Source: Gracilinanus agilis (taxonomy: Eukaryota). Taken from it: DNA of 64,000 nucleotides. Location of the stretch: contig NC_058131.1 in NCBI RefSeq assembly GCF_016433145.1, positions 696,128,595-696,192,594 on the forward strand, written 5' to 3'. Position 1 is the stretch's first letter. Every line of letters begins with the position of its first letter. Both the position numbers and the translations under genes were made by a program. This document shows, in pieces, positions 60,587 to 64,000 of the stretch. Below the pieces are notes generated by a model. The model ran no database searches. It saw nothing but the letters and a program-made list of their open reading frames with translations, and was not told the origin of the DNA.

Positions 60587-61329
60587 TCCTAGTGAGTGAG
60601 TGAGCCAGCCCTGATGCCCCAATCCTGGCTTAAGGAACATGGCCTTTGTCTGGGGCTTCCTGAGTTCTGCAAACCTTCCACTTCCTGCTCCTTACCAGCC
60701 CTTTGAGCCATGCTTGATTTCCCTCCCGCCATTTTTATACACTTGTGCTCTGTGTCCTGCGCCTATTTCTTCAGATGGCAGCTGGGTATCCCGTACAAAG
60801 ATCTGGTGTTCCTGAGGGGCTCAGTCACAGCAGAAGCCCGGCCAGTTCTGGGTCTTGGCAGAATGTGAGGCTTCCCAGGAGGCAGCACTTGCGGGGCCTC
60901 GAGGCACTCTATGGAAATTCAACTTTTCACAAATGACTCCTCTGGACTCATAGAGTGTTTCCGGTCATTCCTGGTGAAGACAAAAATCTTCCTGGGAGTG
61001 GTGACACATTGAGCTGTAATCAGGAAGGAACGAATGACTCTTCCAGGACTTCCTCCCAAATTATTCAGCTCGAGAGCCACCACATGCAGGCTGGAGGATG
61101 CAGAGATAGTTGTGGTGCATGCATGGGGGGGACAGATGGGAGGAATGGGGGACCTAAACAATCAGAGGACAGCCTGAGATCCCCCAAGTGCTCTGAAGCA
61201 TTAAAGAGGCACTCGGAAAAGGTTCTAAGAAAGGTCAAGAATGGTGCAATCTGGCCAGGCTTACTTTGTCTCTCTGTGCCTCAGTTTCCCTGACTGTAAA
61301 ACGTGGCAATTGGATTAGATGAAAACAGT

Positions 61330-61545
61330 GGACATCCTGATCAGAATAAGGCAGTGTGGGCTAATGGAAAGAACCCCAGGCTTCGAGGGGGACTACCTGG
61401 GGCTGAATTCCAGCTTTACTACTAACTTTTCATATGACCATGGGCGAGTGACTTCTTTTCTCCAGGCCTCAGTTTCTTCTTCTAGAAAGTGGTGGATTTA
61501 TACTAGATGATCCTGAGGTACCTTCTAGCTCTGTGATTCTGTGAG
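61330..61545 (+). mobile_element. MIR
   Basis: 'ggcagtgtgggctaatggaaagaacc...ggcctcagtttcttc...ttctagctctgtgattctgtga'. Confidence 0.8.
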
Positions 61546-61819
61546 ATGACGGAGATGACCTGACCGGATCTGTCGAGCAAAGGCCTGAAGCTGAATCAGT
61601 CTCTTTGGCACCTTCTCAGTGGGATTTCAAGAAAATATTCCTGGAAGCCTCAGTTTGCCCTTGTGAAGAATGGGGGTCATGATACCTGCACTTTTCAGCT
61701 CCTAAGATTGTTGTGAAGGATGTGCCTGAAAACACGAATGAGCAATACAAATACAAGTGGTAAGAATTACAATCTTTAAACTGTTTGAGGCTGAGAAGGC
61801 CAAAGAATTCATCCCTGTG

Positions 61820-62415
61820 AGACCAATCAAGATTGTTCCACCACTTGGCAAAAAATTGGAAAATGAGAGAATGTGCCTCCATTGGGGAATGGCTGAACAT
61901 GTGGTATCTGTTGGTAATGGAATACTATTGTGCTGAAAGGAATAATGAACTGGAGGAATTCCATGTGAACTGAAAAGACCTCCAGGAAGTGATGCAGAAT
62001 GAAAGGAGCAGAACCAGAACATCGTACAAAGAGATAGATACATTGTAGCATGATTGAATGTAACTGACTTTGCTACTGGCAGCAATGCAGTGACCCAGAG
62101 CAAGGCTCAGGGATTTAGGAGGAAGAACACCAGCCACATTCAGAGGAAGAACTGTGGGAGCAGAAACACAGAAGAAAAACAACTGCTTGATCACGTGGGC
62201 TGTTGGGGATATGATTGGGGATGTAGATGCCAAACTCTAGTCCAACTATCAATAATATGGAATTAGGTCTTGATTAATGATACATGTAAAACCCAGTGAA
62301 ATTATGCGTCTGCTAAGGGGAATGGGGGGGGGTTGGGGAGGGAAAGAACATGAAATATGTAACTATGGGAAAATATTTAAAATAAAATTTAAAAAATAAT
62401 AAAAATAAAAAAGAT
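61820..62415 (+). mobile_element. LINE-1 3' end with A-tail
   Basis: 'ggcaaaaaattggaaaatgagagaatgtgcctccattggggaatggctgaac' through the 3'UTR to aaaaataataaaaataaaaaag. Confidence 0.95.
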
Positions 62416-62489
62416 TGTTTCACCACTCCTGTTTCCCAAAATTCTTTAATGAGACTGTCCAAGACTGTCCAAATATTTATATTTCAGGG

Positions 62490-62700
62490 GTGTTGGGCAG
62501 AGTAATGTTTAATGTCATACTTGGAATCACAAAGACCTGAGTTTTAATTCTGCCTCAGATTCTTCTTGTGTGCCTCAATTGTCTCATCTGCAAAATGGGG
62601 CAAATCTCCTACTTGTCAGCCTCACAGGGTTGTTGGGAGGATCAGCTGAGATGATGCAAAATATTTTGCAAACCTTCCAGCCCTCTAGAAATGCTAAACT
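62490..62700 (+). mobile_element. MIR
   Basis: 'gcctcaattgtctcatctgcaaaatgggg...cctcacagggttgttgggagg'. Confidence 0.75.
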
Positions 62701-64000
62701 GTTGTTGTATTCTGCGTCATTCTGTATGCGTTCCTTCTCCCAAACCACTTGAAACTGGGCGCCTGCTATTTACCTGATGACTTTGACAGGGCATAAGAGT
62801 CCATAGCCATACCCAGAGGCAGAAAAGAGGTACTATTTTTTTCCCATTTACTGATGGAGAAACTGAGTTTCAGTGACTTGAAGTGGGAGGTGGAGACAGG
62901 AATTCAAGCCCGTGGCTTTGGTATCCATGTCCAGTACGCTTCCCACTACACTGGGCTTCTTCCAGCTTCTTTCATCTAGGCCACCCAAGCTACTCATTTG
63001 ACCAGTGTGGAAGTTTTTGGGGGTTGCAGCCTGACTGGCATTTTTCCACCCCCCCCTTCATTTCAGGGCTCCTCTGCTTTGCCAGCAGCTCTTGGGAGCT
63101 CAGGCTGTCCTCTGCCTGTCTGGGTTCTCTCCTCCCTCTCACCATCTCCCCTTCTATTCTAGGGCTACTCTTGCCTCTCAATAGAGGGTACCAGTATGGA
63201 GCCCCTGTGCCTAGCAGTGGGGACAGAGTGACAAAGATGAAACTCTTCTTGCCATTTCTTTCCCTGGTGAGATGGGGGAGAGATAGGCAGAGATAAGTGA
63301 AGGTGAGGAGGGGAGCCCTGGGGCAAAAGGCGACCAAGAAGCCCTTCATCATCTCCAAGGAGAACCATGGGGCAAACTGTTGAGTTTTCATCTTTTTGTG
63401 GCCCAGACCCTCCGGCAGTCTGGCAAAGCCTTCGGATCGCAACCTCTCTGCCTGTTCTGAGCGAGCGGGGCACAGTGGTCCAGGAGGAAGAACGCTGCAT
63501 TTGAAGTTCAAAGTCCATCTCGTTTACTCAATATTAGTGTGACTTCGGTAAATCGCTTCCTCTTCCTGGGCCTCAGTTTCTCCCCCCGTCACATTTCCAG
63601 CTCTAAAGCCATGATCCAGTGACTGTCAGTCTCTGGCAACTGGTGGCAAACAGGACGATGAAGCATAGACTTTCTTGATCTGCTAATGTGGCTCGACTCC
63701 TTGTGACTCTTCATCAACTCCATGATCAACGCCTTTGTGGTTAATGAAGAAAAGCCACCTCCAACTTTTCACCAGTCCTGAGAGTGTCCAGAGAGCCTCA
63801 CGGGGACAGTTAAATCGGAGGCCCACAAATTAAAGACAATCATGTTGTAAATGAGGCTTGTCATGCCATAGGTGGTTGTTAATAATATTAATATTAAATA
63901 ACTTTTGTATAGCACTTATGTGCCAGGCACCTTGCTAAGTGCCTTACAGTTATCTCATTTGATATAGCAACCCTGGGAGATTTGTGCTATTATTATCCTT

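Noticed and set aside
1-64000. CRISPR arrays, rRNA, tRNA genes or prokaryotic systems
   Set aside because: This is mammalian DNA with no regularly spaced repeat-spacer array. The tRNA-like A/B boxes all belong to SINE heads.

Overview
Eukaryotic genomic DNA from a marsupial, most likely a didelphid opossum. The evidence is about 11 SINE1_Mdo-type SINEs plus marsupial L1, RTE and MAR1 elements. The window is largely transposon-derived (L1, L2, L3/CR1, RTE, MIR/MAR1, LTRs, a hAT MITE) with six N gaps. I could not recognise any intact protein-coding gene, RNA gene or CRISPR array, and the ORF track is almost entirely noise or repeat-derived. The main result is a decayed PNMA-like (Ty3/Gypsy Gag) fossil on the minus strand at about 6.56-7.57 kb. 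It is split across three reading frames, so it does not appear as a single ORF. By eye it aligns with PNMA-family N-terminal, capsid and zinc-knuckle regions, and it has no pol. Other items are a solo LTR with a clean 6-bp TSD nested in an L1, an OC1-like hAT MITE, a possible mariner remnant, a pair of RFX X-boxes, candidate conserved non-coding elements, patches of GC/CpG-enriched old repeats, and some unverified candidate exons. All family assignments come from my recall of consensus and protein sequences; no database search was run.
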